Shown here piece after piece: positions 1 through 10,993 of a DNA stretch of 64,000 nt. The DNA is taken from NCBI GenBank assembly GCA_965240325.2, contig OZ251229.1, forward strand, positions 1,178,001 through 1,242,000, given 5' to 3'. The notes under the pieces were generated by a model. The model saw only the letters and a program-made list of their open reading frames with translations. It ran no database searches and was not told the origin of the DNA. A program made the position numbers and the translations under genes. Origin of the DNA: Rebecca billardiae RCC1528. Lineage: Eukaryota; Protista; Haptophyta. How positions within the stretch are numbered: the first letter of the stretch is position 1; each line of letters starts with the position of its first letter.

Positions 1-532
1 CAACCTCCCGCGAGCGCCTCGCGCCGCCTTCACGCCGTCTCCGCGCGCCAACTGCACGCTCTGGACGCCTCGGCGGCAAAGACGCGCGCGGCGCGGTTGT
101 GTGACGTCCAGACTCGGCCCATGCGCGTGCGCTGTCGGTGCGTCCCGGCCACGCGCGCGCGCATCCCAGACCTCTCGCCTCACGCGTCGCCGCCGAGCAC
201 GGCTGTGCACCTCAGTCTCCCGTGGTGCCGCCCGCGCGGCCGAGCGAGCAGGCGGCGCGTTGTGGAGCTTGTGACGCGCGAGGCGGGAAGGCTTCCGAGC
301 GCCCGAGCCACCGCCGACCGGCGGCGCGCACGCGATTGGCTCGAGCCATGGGCGCCGACGGCGCGCGCGCGCGCTGAGCCAGCTGAAGGCTTGTGCGCCA
401 TGGCACGGCAGCCGCCAATCGCGGCCCGCGGCCGTTGTGCGGCAGGCGCGCTCGGTGCGGGCGCTTCGGGGTGTGGCCTCATGAGACCGGAGCCCCTGAA
501 AGCGCGACGCCTATGAGCTCGCCCCGGCCTGA

Positions 533-1480
533 GTGAGTGAGCGCGCATCTGTCAGTGATCGGCACACGCAGCAGCACGGGGCGGCCGTCGTCATGAGCTG
601 TCGGACAATGCGGCCGCGCGCCGGTGCGCCGAGGCGCTGGGCGCGTGGCTGCGTGAGCGGCCGGTGCGCCGCGCGCGAGCTCGTGCTCAGGCGCAACCGC
701 ATCCACGACGCCAGGCCCATCCTCGCCGCGCTCACCGCCACCTGCTCCTCGCGCGTGCGCGCGCTCGACCTCGGCGGCAACGGGCCGGGCACGACGTCGG
801 TCTCGGCCGCGCTCGCGATGGTGCGCGCCAACGCCTCGCTCTGCAGGCTGGGCGTGAGCGGCGCGGACGAGCGCGTGAGCGAGGGCGCGCTCGAGGCGCT
901 CGAGGACGCGTGGGAGGGGGAGGGCAACGCCGCGCCCAACATCACCACCGACCTCGAGCACCAGGACTCTTCTGACGAGGGCGCCCCCGACTGGGTGTTC
1001 TGCTGGCTCGACTGGGACCCTCAGCAGTGCCCCACGCGCAGCACGCTCGATGGCAGCGTGGCGTGGGACACGGACAGCGCGGACAGCTCCGACGACGACG
1101 AGGAGGAGGAGGCCTCGGAGGACGGCGGCGGCGGCGCGAGCTCGGAGGAGGCGAGCGGCTCTGACAGCTGCTCCGACGGGGACGGCGCCGGGAGCAGCGC
1201 TGAGGGTTCGGACGACGCCGAGCGCAGCGGCGATGATGCGGATTCGCAGCGCGGTGCCGCCGCAGCTGCTGCGCCGACGGCGGGAGGAGGACCCCGCGTT
1301 GCGGGAGCTCGATGCGACCCCGCCGCCGCGCGCCGGCTCCCGGCGCGCGCACGACAGGCAGAGCCACAACCACTGGCGCCCCAACCAACCACATACTGCT
1401 GCTGCGGGTCGGGCGCACCCGTTCCAACGCTGACCGCGCCAGGTCCAAGCTGCCCGAGCCCGAGCCCGGCGAGCACCTGA
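533..1480 (+). CDS. RNI-like leucine-rich-repeat protein with acidic low-complexity tail (possibly partial or pseudogenic)
   Basis: LRR-like segments [21 protein letters not shown] and LCRLGVSG, followed by a D/E/S-rich tract; the start is a GTG call and uncertain. Confidence 0.45.
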   Translation: MSERASVSDRHTQQHGAAVVMSCRTMRPRAGAPRRWARGCVSGRCAARELVLRRNRIHDARPILAALTATCSSRVRALDLGGNGPGTTSVSAALAMVRANASLCRLGVSGADERVSEGALEALEDAWEGEGNAAPNITTDLEHQDSSDEGAPDWVFCWLDWDPQQCPTRSTLDGSVAWDTDSADSSDDDEEEEASEDGGGGASSEEASGSDSCSDGDGAGSSAEGSDDAERSGDDADSQRGAAAAAAPTAGGGPRVAGARCDPAAARRLPARARQAEPQPLAPQPTTYCCCGSGAPVPTLTAPGPSCPSPSPAST

Positions 1481-1641
1481 ATGAAGATGCAGCTGGCGCG
1501 CAGGCAGGACGGTGGCGCGCTCTCCCACGCCGAGCACCGGCTGCCGCCGATCTCCTCCGCCGGCGCGCAGAGGTCTACTGCTGTGGCCGCCGCCGCGCGG
1601 CCGCCGCCCGTGGCGGGCTATGGCGTCGAGGTGGGCCTGGC

Positions 1642-2052
1642 GCGATCTGCGTCGTGCGCAACCTGATCCGCGACAACCGGATCGTGTACGGCGGCGGCTC
1701 CGCCGAGATCGCGTGCTCGCTCGCGGTGCAGAAGGCGGCGGACGCCACCGGCACGATCGAGCAGATCGCGATGCGCGCGTTCGCCGACGCGCTCGAGATG
1801 GTGCCGATGGCGCTCGCGGAGAACTCGGGGCTCAACCCGATCGACGAGATCTCGCAGGCAAAGGCGGCGCAGGTGGCGGAGGGCAAGCCGTTCATCGGCA
1901 TCGACTGCCTCAACAAGGGCACGCGCGACATGAAGGAGCAACACGTCTTCGAGACGCTGATCGGCAAGCAGCAGCAGATCTCGCTCGCCACGCAGGTCGT
2001 GCGCATGATCCTCAAGATCGACGACGTCATCCAGCCGGGGCAGCTGGGCTGA
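1642..2052 (+). pseudogene. CCT5: C-terminal fragment of chaperonin CCT epsilon (TCP-1 subunit 5)
   Basis: [25 protein letters not shown]...[18 protein letters not shown]...GIDC...[35 protein letters not shown]; only ~136 aa, and no upstream CCT5 sequence or adjacent AG acceptor is visible. Confidence 0.8.
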
Positions 2053-2284
2053 GCGCGGACGCGCGGAACGGGGGCTGCGCAGCGCGGTGAGCCTCGGGCC
2101 TAGCTGCTCGAACGGCCGGTCGGGCGCAACTTCTGACCAATAACTGACTGACCCGACGCTGCTTCCGCTGGCGTGTGCGAGCGGCGAGGATGACGAGTGC
2201 CGACTCAGTAGACGATGATGCGTAGTCGTCCGCACCTCCGACCTCGGATGACCTCGCGAGTCCGAATATACCGCGGGATTATAT

Positions 2285-2285
<1 letters not shown>

Positions 2286-2334
<49 letters not shown>

Positions 2335-2359
2335 TCGAGACGAGAGACTAGAGAGAGAG
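2286..2359. repeat. (GA)n microsatellite
   Basis: Imperfect run of AG dinucleotides. Confidence 0.95.
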
Positions 2360-2702
2360 TTACCGGCGGCGGTCACTGTCGTCGATCGTCACTCACTCCG
2401 CACTCGTCAGGGCAGGCATAGTGCATTATTATTAGTGCGTCGTCCCGGGTCAGTACATGGCGGTGCGTACGGCGGGTCTGCGCGGGAACTCCGCCGCCAG
2501 TAGCGCGGCATTCATCAGTATCATCATCGATACTACGAGACAACCTTGGATCGATAGGAAACGCACTGCGCCCTGTGCGGACGCGAGCGCGCAGTAACTA
2601 GTGCCGTGCAGTAGAACATCAGCGCGCTGCCCGCCTTCGTGCGCCGCCACGCTGATGCTGCTACTGACTGGTGGCTGCGCACCTGCGCGACCGCGCGTCA
2701 CG

Positions 2703-3773
2703 CTACGACCTGCTCAGCCGCCTCGCCGAGAGGGTGGCGAGCTCGACGAAGCGCGAGGTCTCGGCGATCGACGCCGCGTCCGCCGCGACGGCGTTCATCG
2801 CCGAGTGGCGCATGCCGGGGAAGCCGCGCGAGAACGGCCACGGCGCGTGGAAGGTGCGGTACATGATCGTGGCGAGGTTGCGCAGCGGGTGCGCGAGGCA
2901 GCGCCCGGAGCCGGGCGTGGGCGCCTGCGGCAGCTCGTCGTCGCGCAGCTCGGCGAAGCTCGGGTCGAGCCAGCCCTCGACCGCCTCGCGCGTGACGGCG
3001 TCGTCGCGCGCGCCGTGCGCGCCCTTGAAGTTGAGCTCGGCCTCGCGCGCGAGCGCGGCGATGATGACGGACTGCCAGGCGTGGCGCATGGGGCCGGAGC
3101 CCGTGGACATGCGCTCCAGCTGCTCGACCGCGATCGAGAAGGCGCGCACGCGGCTCTTCGCCACGACGCGCATCGCGCGGTCGATGAAGCCGACGGGCGC
3201 GCCCGCACGGTGCAGGTGGCGGTACTCAAAGAGGTCGCCGGAGAGGAGCAGGACCTGCTGGTCCGGCGCGCCCGGGATCTGGACGGTGCCCAGCGCGCGC
3301 CCCTGGATCAGGATGTGCACGCGCGGCGCCATCGCCGGCTCCGTGATCACGTCTCCTGGCGCGTACGTCTCGAAGCGACCGTCCGCCGCGATGTGCCGCT
3401 CGAAGAGCAGCCGCGAGATCCGAGCGCGGCGGTAGAACATGCGCCAGAGCTCCTCCTCCTGCGGGGAGAGCGCCACCCGGCGCTCGTCCAGCAGCAGCTG
3501 CGCGAAGCACGAGCCGTGCACGTACAGGCTCAGCGCGGACCAAATTAGCGCGTCGAGCGCGGGGCCGTGCGGCTCCGCCGCCGTCGCCGGCGGCAGCCGC
3601 GTGCCCGGCCACTCTGGGAAGCCCATGAGCGTGTGCACGAGGTGGCCCGCGTAGGCCAGCGAGAGGACGAGGTGGATGATGAGCACGTCGGCGAACAGCC
3701 CCGCGCTCAGGAAGCACAGGCTGGCTATCTGGATGACGAAGCCGCCGGGTGGCAGGAGGACGATCGCCGCCAT
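2703..3773 (-). CDS. Popeye-domain / cyclic-nucleotide-binding membrane protein
   Basis: ATG-initiated 356-aa ORF with three N-terminal hydrophobic segments, then ERRVALSPQEEELWRMFY...F..Y.PGDVI...VHILIQG, resembling the POPDC cNMP-like domain. Confidence 0.7.
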   Translation of the reverse strand: MAAIVLLPPGGFVIQIASLCFLSAGLFADVLIIHLVLSLAYAGHLVHTLMGFPEWPGTRLPPATAAEPHGPALDALIWSALSLYVHGSCFAQLLLDERRVALSPQEEELWRMFYRRARISRLLFERHIAADGRFETYAPGDVITEPAMAPRVHILIQGRALGTVQIPGAPDQQVLLLSGDLFEYRHLHRAGAPVGFIDRAMRVVAKSRVRAFSIAVEQLERMSTGSGPMRHAWQSVIIAALAREAELNFKGAHGARDDAVTREAVEGWLDPSFAELRDDELPQAPTPGSGRCLAHPLRNLATIMYRTFHAPWPFSRGFPGMRHSAMNAVAADAASIAETSRFVELATLSARRLSRS

Positions 3774-3844
3774 CGTGGCCCTGCTGTTTTACAGACCACG
3801 CTACTGGCCTAATCCAACACTGCACAAAGACACCGCCACAAAAC

Positions 3845-6800
3845 GGACCCCACGACCAAATTCAGTTATTTTTGACGAGTGTATTCAGTTATTTGCTTAC
3901 ACACTGTGAAAACTGGAGTGTAAATGGTGTGTATGGGCACATTTGGTGTGTACTCAGGTGTGTACGAAAATGAACATCAGTGTGTACGAAGTTCTTCGGC
4001 TACACCTTTTCCTTCTTCAGCGGCTGAAACAATTACACTGCCCCTGTGCATGTGTATTGCTCCAAGTTCGAGGGGCACCAGGCACCAGGCCCAGCCGAAT
4101 TCATGGCCATCACCGATGCATTGGTGCAGATAGACCCCACCGCCAACCTGCTGGTGTGCACTGACCTGCAGGAAATGGTAAAGGCCGCCGAAATGTGGCA
4201 AAACGACCCCTGGGACCGACGGCTGCGGCAGCCTGGGCACCACGCGTACGCCCCATACATCGCCAGGGTCATGAGCCTGGTGGGCTGGCGCCGCTTGCGG
4301 CATGGCAGCACCACTTCATTTGAGCATGTCAAGGCGCACTCTGCTGACGATGCTGCTGCGCGGCACCTCAGCCTCACGCACGCCCCAGGGGACCAGCACT
4401 GCACTGTCAGCCAACACAGTGTGGCGGCTTTGCGCCAAGCAGGGATGAACCCCAAAACCCTGCTCAACGCATGCAGCGATGCGGGGGCCAAGCTCTGCTG
4501 CTCTGACCCCACAACCCCCTGTGTGACTCACAAGAGAGGTGGCCACCCAAATGCGGGTTCCCATGCGCTGGTACAGCTGGCCAATGGAGAGCCAGTGGCG
4601 GGCCGAATCAAGCCCCTTGTGTATGACCGTGTGCTGTCACAAAGGGCAACCCACCTGCAAGCCACCAAGTCCAGCTGTGACTTGGTGGGTGAATGGACTG
4701 GTGTGTGGCCAGAGGCCTCCACTGGCATACTACGGACCTGGCAGGCCAACACTGTGCCTGCCTACTACATACTCCACCACGGATATGAGTTCCTGCAGCC
4801 GGCTGCCCTGCGAGACCCGACGTTGCTCTCTGTGCGATTCCAGTCGGGGGCGGCATTCAGCGATGCCTGCCCCCTCTGCGATCATGCTCCACTGCTACGT
4901 CCAGCGCCAGATACTGAGCACCACAGTCTCTTCTCTGAGTGCCCTGAGGTCGATGCCTACCGAATGGCTGCTGCCAGAAGCGTATCCCATGTAATTGAGC
5001 CCTTCATGCAGGGACAGGCTGCAGCGTGGAACTTGGCACGTCACATATGCTCTGGGGCTGCCCTCATGGGCAGGGTGCCCAGCACACTGAAGACCACTGT
5101 GGGGGGCAACGTGCATCTAGGCAGGACCATGCACGTGGCCTTACTGAAGGCAGGGCTAGGCATCATGCAGGCCCGCAAGGACGTGGACTCCCAGCTGTCA
5201 AAGGCAGGACGTCTCCTTCGACATGCCAGGGAGCTTCGGCCGCAGCCTGGGCAAGGCCCGGGGGGGCAGCCCCCACCCCCACAGGCACAGGCAGGCCCAC
5301 GAGGGGCGATGGCCTTGAATAATCAGTTGCAAGGACCACCTGTCATCCAGCAGCAACCCCCTGCTCAGGCTGGCCAGGGCTGGCAGGCAGGCGCGGGGCA
5401 GGCCAACCTGCACCAGCCCATAGCGCGCGGTCACCACGTGCGCCCCCAGCTACTCTTGCGGGCATGGCCTCTTCAGCGTGCTCGCCCCCTCCCTATGGTG
5501 ATTGCGTGGCCCCTGCAGCCTGCCACACCTCTTGTGGCATGGCCGCCCCAATATGCCACCCCGCTGGCTCGCAGCGTTGTGGGTCCGCCGGACAATGTGT
5601 TGACACATGGGGGGCCTGAGATGGCGGCAGACCCCGCTGCTGGCAGTCACACTGGTAACGGAGCTCAAAGCAGCCTTACACAGCCAGACACTGGACAGCA
5701 GGCCACACAGCCGCCTGCTGGCTCTGCCAGGCCACTGGCAGCCCCCAGGCGCAGGCCGCCTCCTCCTAGTCAAGCTCAGCAAGACAGCCCCCCGCCCAAA
5801 CGGCACTGCCCACCCCGCCAGGCAAATGTGCCGCAGCGCAGCACGCTACCCCCTGCACAGCGCAGCAGGAAGAGGCGAGCGAACGACACCTCCCCAGGCG
5901 TATTAGCCATCGCCACCACTTTGCTTGCTTCCTACAGCGGCCCACGCCCTGCCTTGATGCCCGATGTAGCACACATGTCTGACATGACCCCCTCTGCCTC
6001 CATAGCTGCACGAGTGAAATACAGGCGCCTCGCTTCCGGGGCCAGTGGCCCAGACCCCTGCCCAGCTACTGGGCTCGATGACAGTCCCCTCAGTTCCCTT
6101 CCCCGCGCAGGGATCGGCTAGTGGCTGGCCCTCTGCCCACACTGGGGCACCCTAGGGGGTGCCCCTTCTGCCGACTCGGCTCAAACTCGATGATCTTGCC
6201 ATTGCAAGGCCGTACACTGCTTGTACCTGGGACCACCCCACAGTGTTGGGCTCGTATGCTGTTGGCAATGGCATACCCCCGCCCCCTCTGGAGGCGGGCT
6301 GTCCACAGTGGAGTGGTGTCAAGACACTAGGTGTCTCGGTCAGTGGTTTGAGGTTGGGTGAGGGTGGTGGTTGGTTGGGGGCTGGCCAGGGTAGGGCTGG
6401 AGGCTTCGGCCGCCAGCCTGATCACCCGGAGCCCGTTATAAAGGGGAATTTAAAACACTCGAATACACACCGCCATCATTACACACCCAGCGGGCGCGGC
6501 CGGTGGGCGTGAGCCCGGGCGCGCGGCGATGGCGACAGGCAGCGCCGCCAGCGACTGGGCGGACCTCCTGAGCAACGCCCCGTCGCAATTTCAGCTGGAC
6601 AACCGCGTGTGGCGGCCTGAAGAGGCGATTGTAGCCGCAGAGGCACGACTCCAGGCCGCTTGTGCGGACAAGAGCCCTTCGCGAAGCTCGACGACACCAG
6701 AGCGTCGCTGAGGGATGCGCCACGTGTGATGCGCAAGGCCCTCAGGGGCAACGGTGGTGAGCAAGCCGAGGACACGTTGGCGCTGTCGGGACGACTGCAG

Positions 6801-7524
6801 ACGACTGCGACGCGCCGCTTGATACGACGACTCGTCGTCTTGGCACGTGATGAGCACACTGACCTTGCCGTTCCTGTGCTCGGTGCAGACACCCCGCCAG
6901 CGGAGCTCGCGTTCATGTGCGCGCAGCGCATGCCAAAGCCGCTGTGCATGCCGAGGAGGATGTGCGCGAACCGAGCTCACAATATCGCGGAAGTGCGTGC
7001 AACGGCCCTCACAATTGACCCGATGCCGTCCTGCGACAGGAGCTCGGACTCGGAGTAACCTCGGTCCAGCTTTCGCACGGCACGCGTTGGCACCTTGGCG
7101 CCTTGGTGGCGTGCGCCGCCTCCACTTGGGGCAAAGCCAGATGCAGGCGCATCGTCATTCGTCCGTCATGCGGCCGACGCAGGCGCTTCGGGGCGCGGAC
7201 TCGCGTCCGCGCCCGGGCCGGAGCACCACGGAGCGGTAGCTCATCGACTGGTGTGTAGTAGTGCTAGGTGTGCATCAGCAAGTGAGTGTCATGCCAATCA
7301 CCACGCGCGTGCATTTCATACACCCCAGTGTGTATTCTCCCTCACTGGTGTGTATCCATACACAGCAGTGTGTGTATTCTCATACACACTGCTGTGTATC
7401 CCATACACATGACATCGACGGTGTGTATTTCATCGTACACACGTGTGTATGTGCTCATACACACGTGTATATGAAGATAACTGAATACACTCGTCAAAAA
7501 TAACTGAGTTTGGTCGAATTATCT
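3845..7524. mobile_element. MULE-like non-autonomous TIR DNA transposon
   Basis: 40-bp inverted repeats at 3853-3892 and 7477-7516 (1 mismatch); 9-bp direct repeat CCACAAAAC at 3836-3844 and 7525-7533; GTGTGTA/TACACAC-type subterminal repeats at both ends. Confidence 0.8.
4028..6455 (+). mobile_element. 5'-truncated RNase H-bearing non-LTR retrotransposon (ORF 4046-6121 plus 3' UTR) nested in the TIR element
   Basis: RNase H motifs AEFMAI..AL...VCTD, HVKAH and N..SD..AK; C-terminal zinc knuckle CPLC...TEHHSLFSECP; lower GC than the flanks; no RT or endonuclease; boundaries approximate. Confidence 0.75.
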
Positions 7525-8089
7525 CCACAAAACAGTACTGCCGCAATCACGCCTGTGATGATCCCTTCGCACAGCGCACTACTGTTGAGCTGTGTGCGTC
7601 TCTTATAATTCTTAGTAAACTGTAGCTGGGACTCTCTCTGCCCAGGCGCCGCTCGGCGGTGTCTCACATGACTGCTGGTTCACGACCGAGCCCGCGCCGT
7701 CGGTTGCCAGTCGGTGGATGGGCGTACGGCCGCGCCGCGCGCCGGGCGGGCCGCGCGCGGCAGAAAATTCTCCCCTACTTTTCACGTGTCATCCCTACAG
7801 GGCCATGCTACCAAGGCAGGGAGGAGTGAAGCACTGCTGCACGCCGCCCGGAGCGCCTATGACGGCGTCAAACGCAGCGAATGGACTGCCCACCCCTCCC
7901 TCCCGAAGATCCTTGTCCATCGTCCACTTTTCACGCGTCAATCAATCAATCATCCCGAGCTCCGCGCGCGTCGGGGCCATGTCATGAACAGCATCGGCTC
8001 AGCCAATCTGAGCACGACTGACCAGCGGCGTCAGCCCCGAGTGATGATCCCTTCGCACGCTCCCAAGTGATGATCCCTTCGCTCCCTCC

Positions 8090-10993
8090 CCCAAAATCCC
8101 TCCCGCCTTCTCCACTTTTCACGTGATGTCATCCCTACGCGGGGGACATGCTGTGACGAAGGATCGACGCGGCCAGACCATAGGTACGATCCCTTCGCGT
8201 GGCGGCGCACAACGTGTATGTACATATGACTGCTGGTTCACGACCGAGCCCGGACCGTCGGTGCAGATGGCGTGCTGCCGCGCGGCCGCGCGCCGGCGGG
8301 CCGCGCCGCGCGCCCGCGCCCGCGCAAAAAATCCCAACCCAACCCCGCCCGCCCCGCCCCCCCTCCTTCTCCACTTTTCACGTGTCATCCCTACGCGGGG
8401 GCCATGCTCAGCCTTGGAGTCAGCTGATTGTGAGATGGAAAAGAAGAATCCTTCCTCCCTCCCCCTCTCCCTCCCCCTCCCCTCCCCCCCAAATCCTCCC
8501 TTCTCCACTTTTCACGTGTCATCCCTACGCGGGGGCCATGCTGTGACGAAGGATCGACGCGGCCAGACCGGAGGTACGATCCCTTCGCGCGGCGGCGCAC
8601 AGCGTATGTATGTATATGACTGCTGGTTCACGACCGAGCCCGGACCGTCGGTGGATGGCGTGCGGCCGCGCGGCCGCGCGCCGGCGGGCCGCGCCGCGGC
8701 CGCGCCCGCCCAAAAAATCCCAACCCAACCCCGCCCGCCCCGCCCCCCCTCCTTCTCCACTTTTCACGTGTCATCCCTACGCGGGGGCCATGCTCAGCCT
8801 TGGAGTCAGCTGATTGTGAGATGGAAAAGAAGAATCCTTCCTCCCTCCCCCTCTCCCTCCCCCTCCCCTCCCCCCCAAATCCTCCCTTCTCCACTTTTCA
8901 CGTGTCGAATCCCTACGCGGGGGCCATGCTGTGACGAAGGATCGACGCGGCCAGACCGGAGGTACGATCCCTTCGCGCGGCGGCGCACAGCGTATGTATG
9001 TATATGACTGCTGGTTCACGACCGAGCCCGGACCGTCGGTGGATGGCGTGCGGCCGCGCGGCCGCGCGCCGGCGGGCCGCGCCGCGGCCGCGCCCGCCCA
9101 AAAAATCCCAACCCAACCCCGCCCGCCCCGCCCCCCCTCCTTCTCCACTTTTCACGTGTCATCCCTACGCGGGGGCCATGCTCAGCCTTGGAGTCAGCTG
9201 ATTGTGAGATGGAAAAGAAGAATCCTTCCTCCCTCCCCCTCTCCCTCCCCCTCCCCTCCCCCCCAAATCCTCCCTTCTCCACTTTTCACGTGTCATCCCT
9301 ACGCGGGGGCCATGCTGTGACGAAGGATCGACGCGGCCAGACCGGAGGTACGATCCCTTCGCGCGGCGGCGCACAGCGTATGTATGTATATGACTGCTGG
9401 TTCACGACCGAGCCCGGACCGTCGGTGGATGGCGTGCGGCCGCGCGGCCGCGCGCCGGCGGGCCGCGCCGCGGCCGCGCCCGCCCAAAAAATCCCAACCC
9501 AACCCCGCCCGCCCCGCCCCCCCTCCTTCTCCACTTTTCACGTGTCATCCCTACGCGGGGGCCATGCTCAGCCTTGGAGTCAGCTGATTGTGAGATGGAA
9601 AAGAAGAATCCTTCCTCCCTCCCCCTCTCCCTCCCCCTCCCCTCCCCCCCAAATCCTCCCTTCTCCACTTTTCACGTGTCATCCCTACGCGGGGGCCATG
9701 CTGTGACGAAGGATCGACGCGGCCAGACCGGAGGTACGATCCCTTCGCGCGGCGGCGCACAGCGTATGTATGTATATGACTGCTGGTTCACGACCGAGCC
9801 CGGACCGTCGGTGGATGGCGTGCGGCCGCGCGGCCGCGCGCCGGCGGGCCGCGCCGCGGCCGCGCCCGCCCAAAAAATCCCAACCCAACCCCGCCCGCCC
9901 CGCCCCCCCTCCTTCTCCACTTTTCACGTGTCATCCCTACGCGGGGGCCATGCTCAGCCTTGGAGTCAGCTGATTGTGAGATGGAAAAGAAGAATCCTTC
10001 CTCCCTCCCCCTCTCCCTCCCCCTCCCCTCCCCCCCAAATCCTCCCTTCTCCACTTTTCACGTGTCATCCCTACGCGGGGGCCATGCTGTGACGAAGGAT
10101 CGACGCGGCCAGACCGGAGGTACGATCCCTTCGCGCGGCGGCGCACAGCGTATGTATGTATATGACTGCTGGTTCACGACCGAGCCCGGACCGTCGGTGG
10201 ATGGCGTGCGGCCGCGCGGCCGCGCGCCGGCGGGCCGCGCCGCGGCCGCGCCCGCCCAAAAAATCCCAACCCAACCCCGCCCGCCCCGCCCCGCCCCTCC
10301 TCTTCTCAGTGTGTCACGTGTCATCCCTACGCGGGGGCCATGCTCAGCCTTGGAGTCAGCTGATTGTGAGATGGAAAAGAAGAATCCTCCAGCTAAAATT
10401 CTCCCTCCCCCTCTCCTCCCCCCTCCCCTCCCTCCCCTCCCCCAAAATCCCTCCCCTTCTCCACTTTTCACGTGTCATCCCTACGCGGGGGCCATGCTGT
10501 GACGAAGGATCGACGCGGCCAGACCAGAGGTACGATCCCTTCGCGCGGCGGCGCACAACGTGTATGTACATATGACTGCTGGTTCACGACCGAGCCCCCG
10601 GGACCGTCGGTGCAGATGGCGTGCGGCCGCGCGGCCGCGCGCCGGCGGGCCGCGCCGCGCGCCCGCGCCCGCCCAAAAATCCCAACCCAACCCCGCCCGC
10701 CCCGCCCCGCCCCTCCTCTTCTCAGTGTGTCACGTGTCATCCCTACGCGGGGGCCATGCTCAGCCTTGGAGTCAGCTGATTGTGAGATGGAAAAGAAGAA
10801 TCCTCCAGCTAAAATTCTCCCTCCCCCTCTCCTCCCCCCCTCCCCTCCCTCCCCTCCCCCAAAATCCCTCCCCTTCTCCACTTTAACTTTTCACGTGTCA
10901 TCCCTACGCGGGGGCCATGCTGTGACGAAGGATCGACGCGGCCAGACCAGAGGTACGCTCCCTTCGCGCGGCGGCGCACAACGTGTATGTACA
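8090..10993 (-). repeat. ~386-bp tandem array (~7.5 units), each unit with two copies of the U6 snRNA 3' half
   Basis: Period 386-388 bp in the central units, longer in the last two. The 44-mer CCTTCTCCACTTTTCACGTGTCATCCCTACGCGGGGGCCATGCT (e.g. 8365-8408, 8499-8542) is identical to 43907-43950. Degenerate units lie at 7555-7990, and the array continues at 12450-12574 after the Helitron. Confidence 0.92.
8439..8588 (-). ncRNA. Putative chimeric U6-like small RNA, type A (representative copy; 8 copies in array)
   Basis: TATACA at 8616-8611, 5' hairpin GCGAAGGGATCG...CGATCCTTCGT, U6 AGC/ISL module, G-rich tail and TTTT at 8442-8439; expression is inferred only. Confidence 0.4.

Noticed and set aside
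8365-8542. U4 snRNA or box C/D snoRNA on the plus strand (antisense to U6)
   Set aside because: Complementarity is continuous through the whole U6 3' half, without the U4 5' stem-loop or an Sm site; no consistently placed C and D boxes
8543-8620. Intron-containing U6 gene (type A junction reads CAG|CATGG)
   Set aside because: No U6 5' exon with ACAGAGA occurs in the array and type B has GAG at the junction; it would only be revived by spliced reads
8090-10993. CRISPR-like array (44-bp repeat with spacers)
   Set aside because: Spacers are two alternating near-identical sequences of ~90 and ~210 bp, the repeat is U6-derived, no cas genes are seen and the context is eukaryotic
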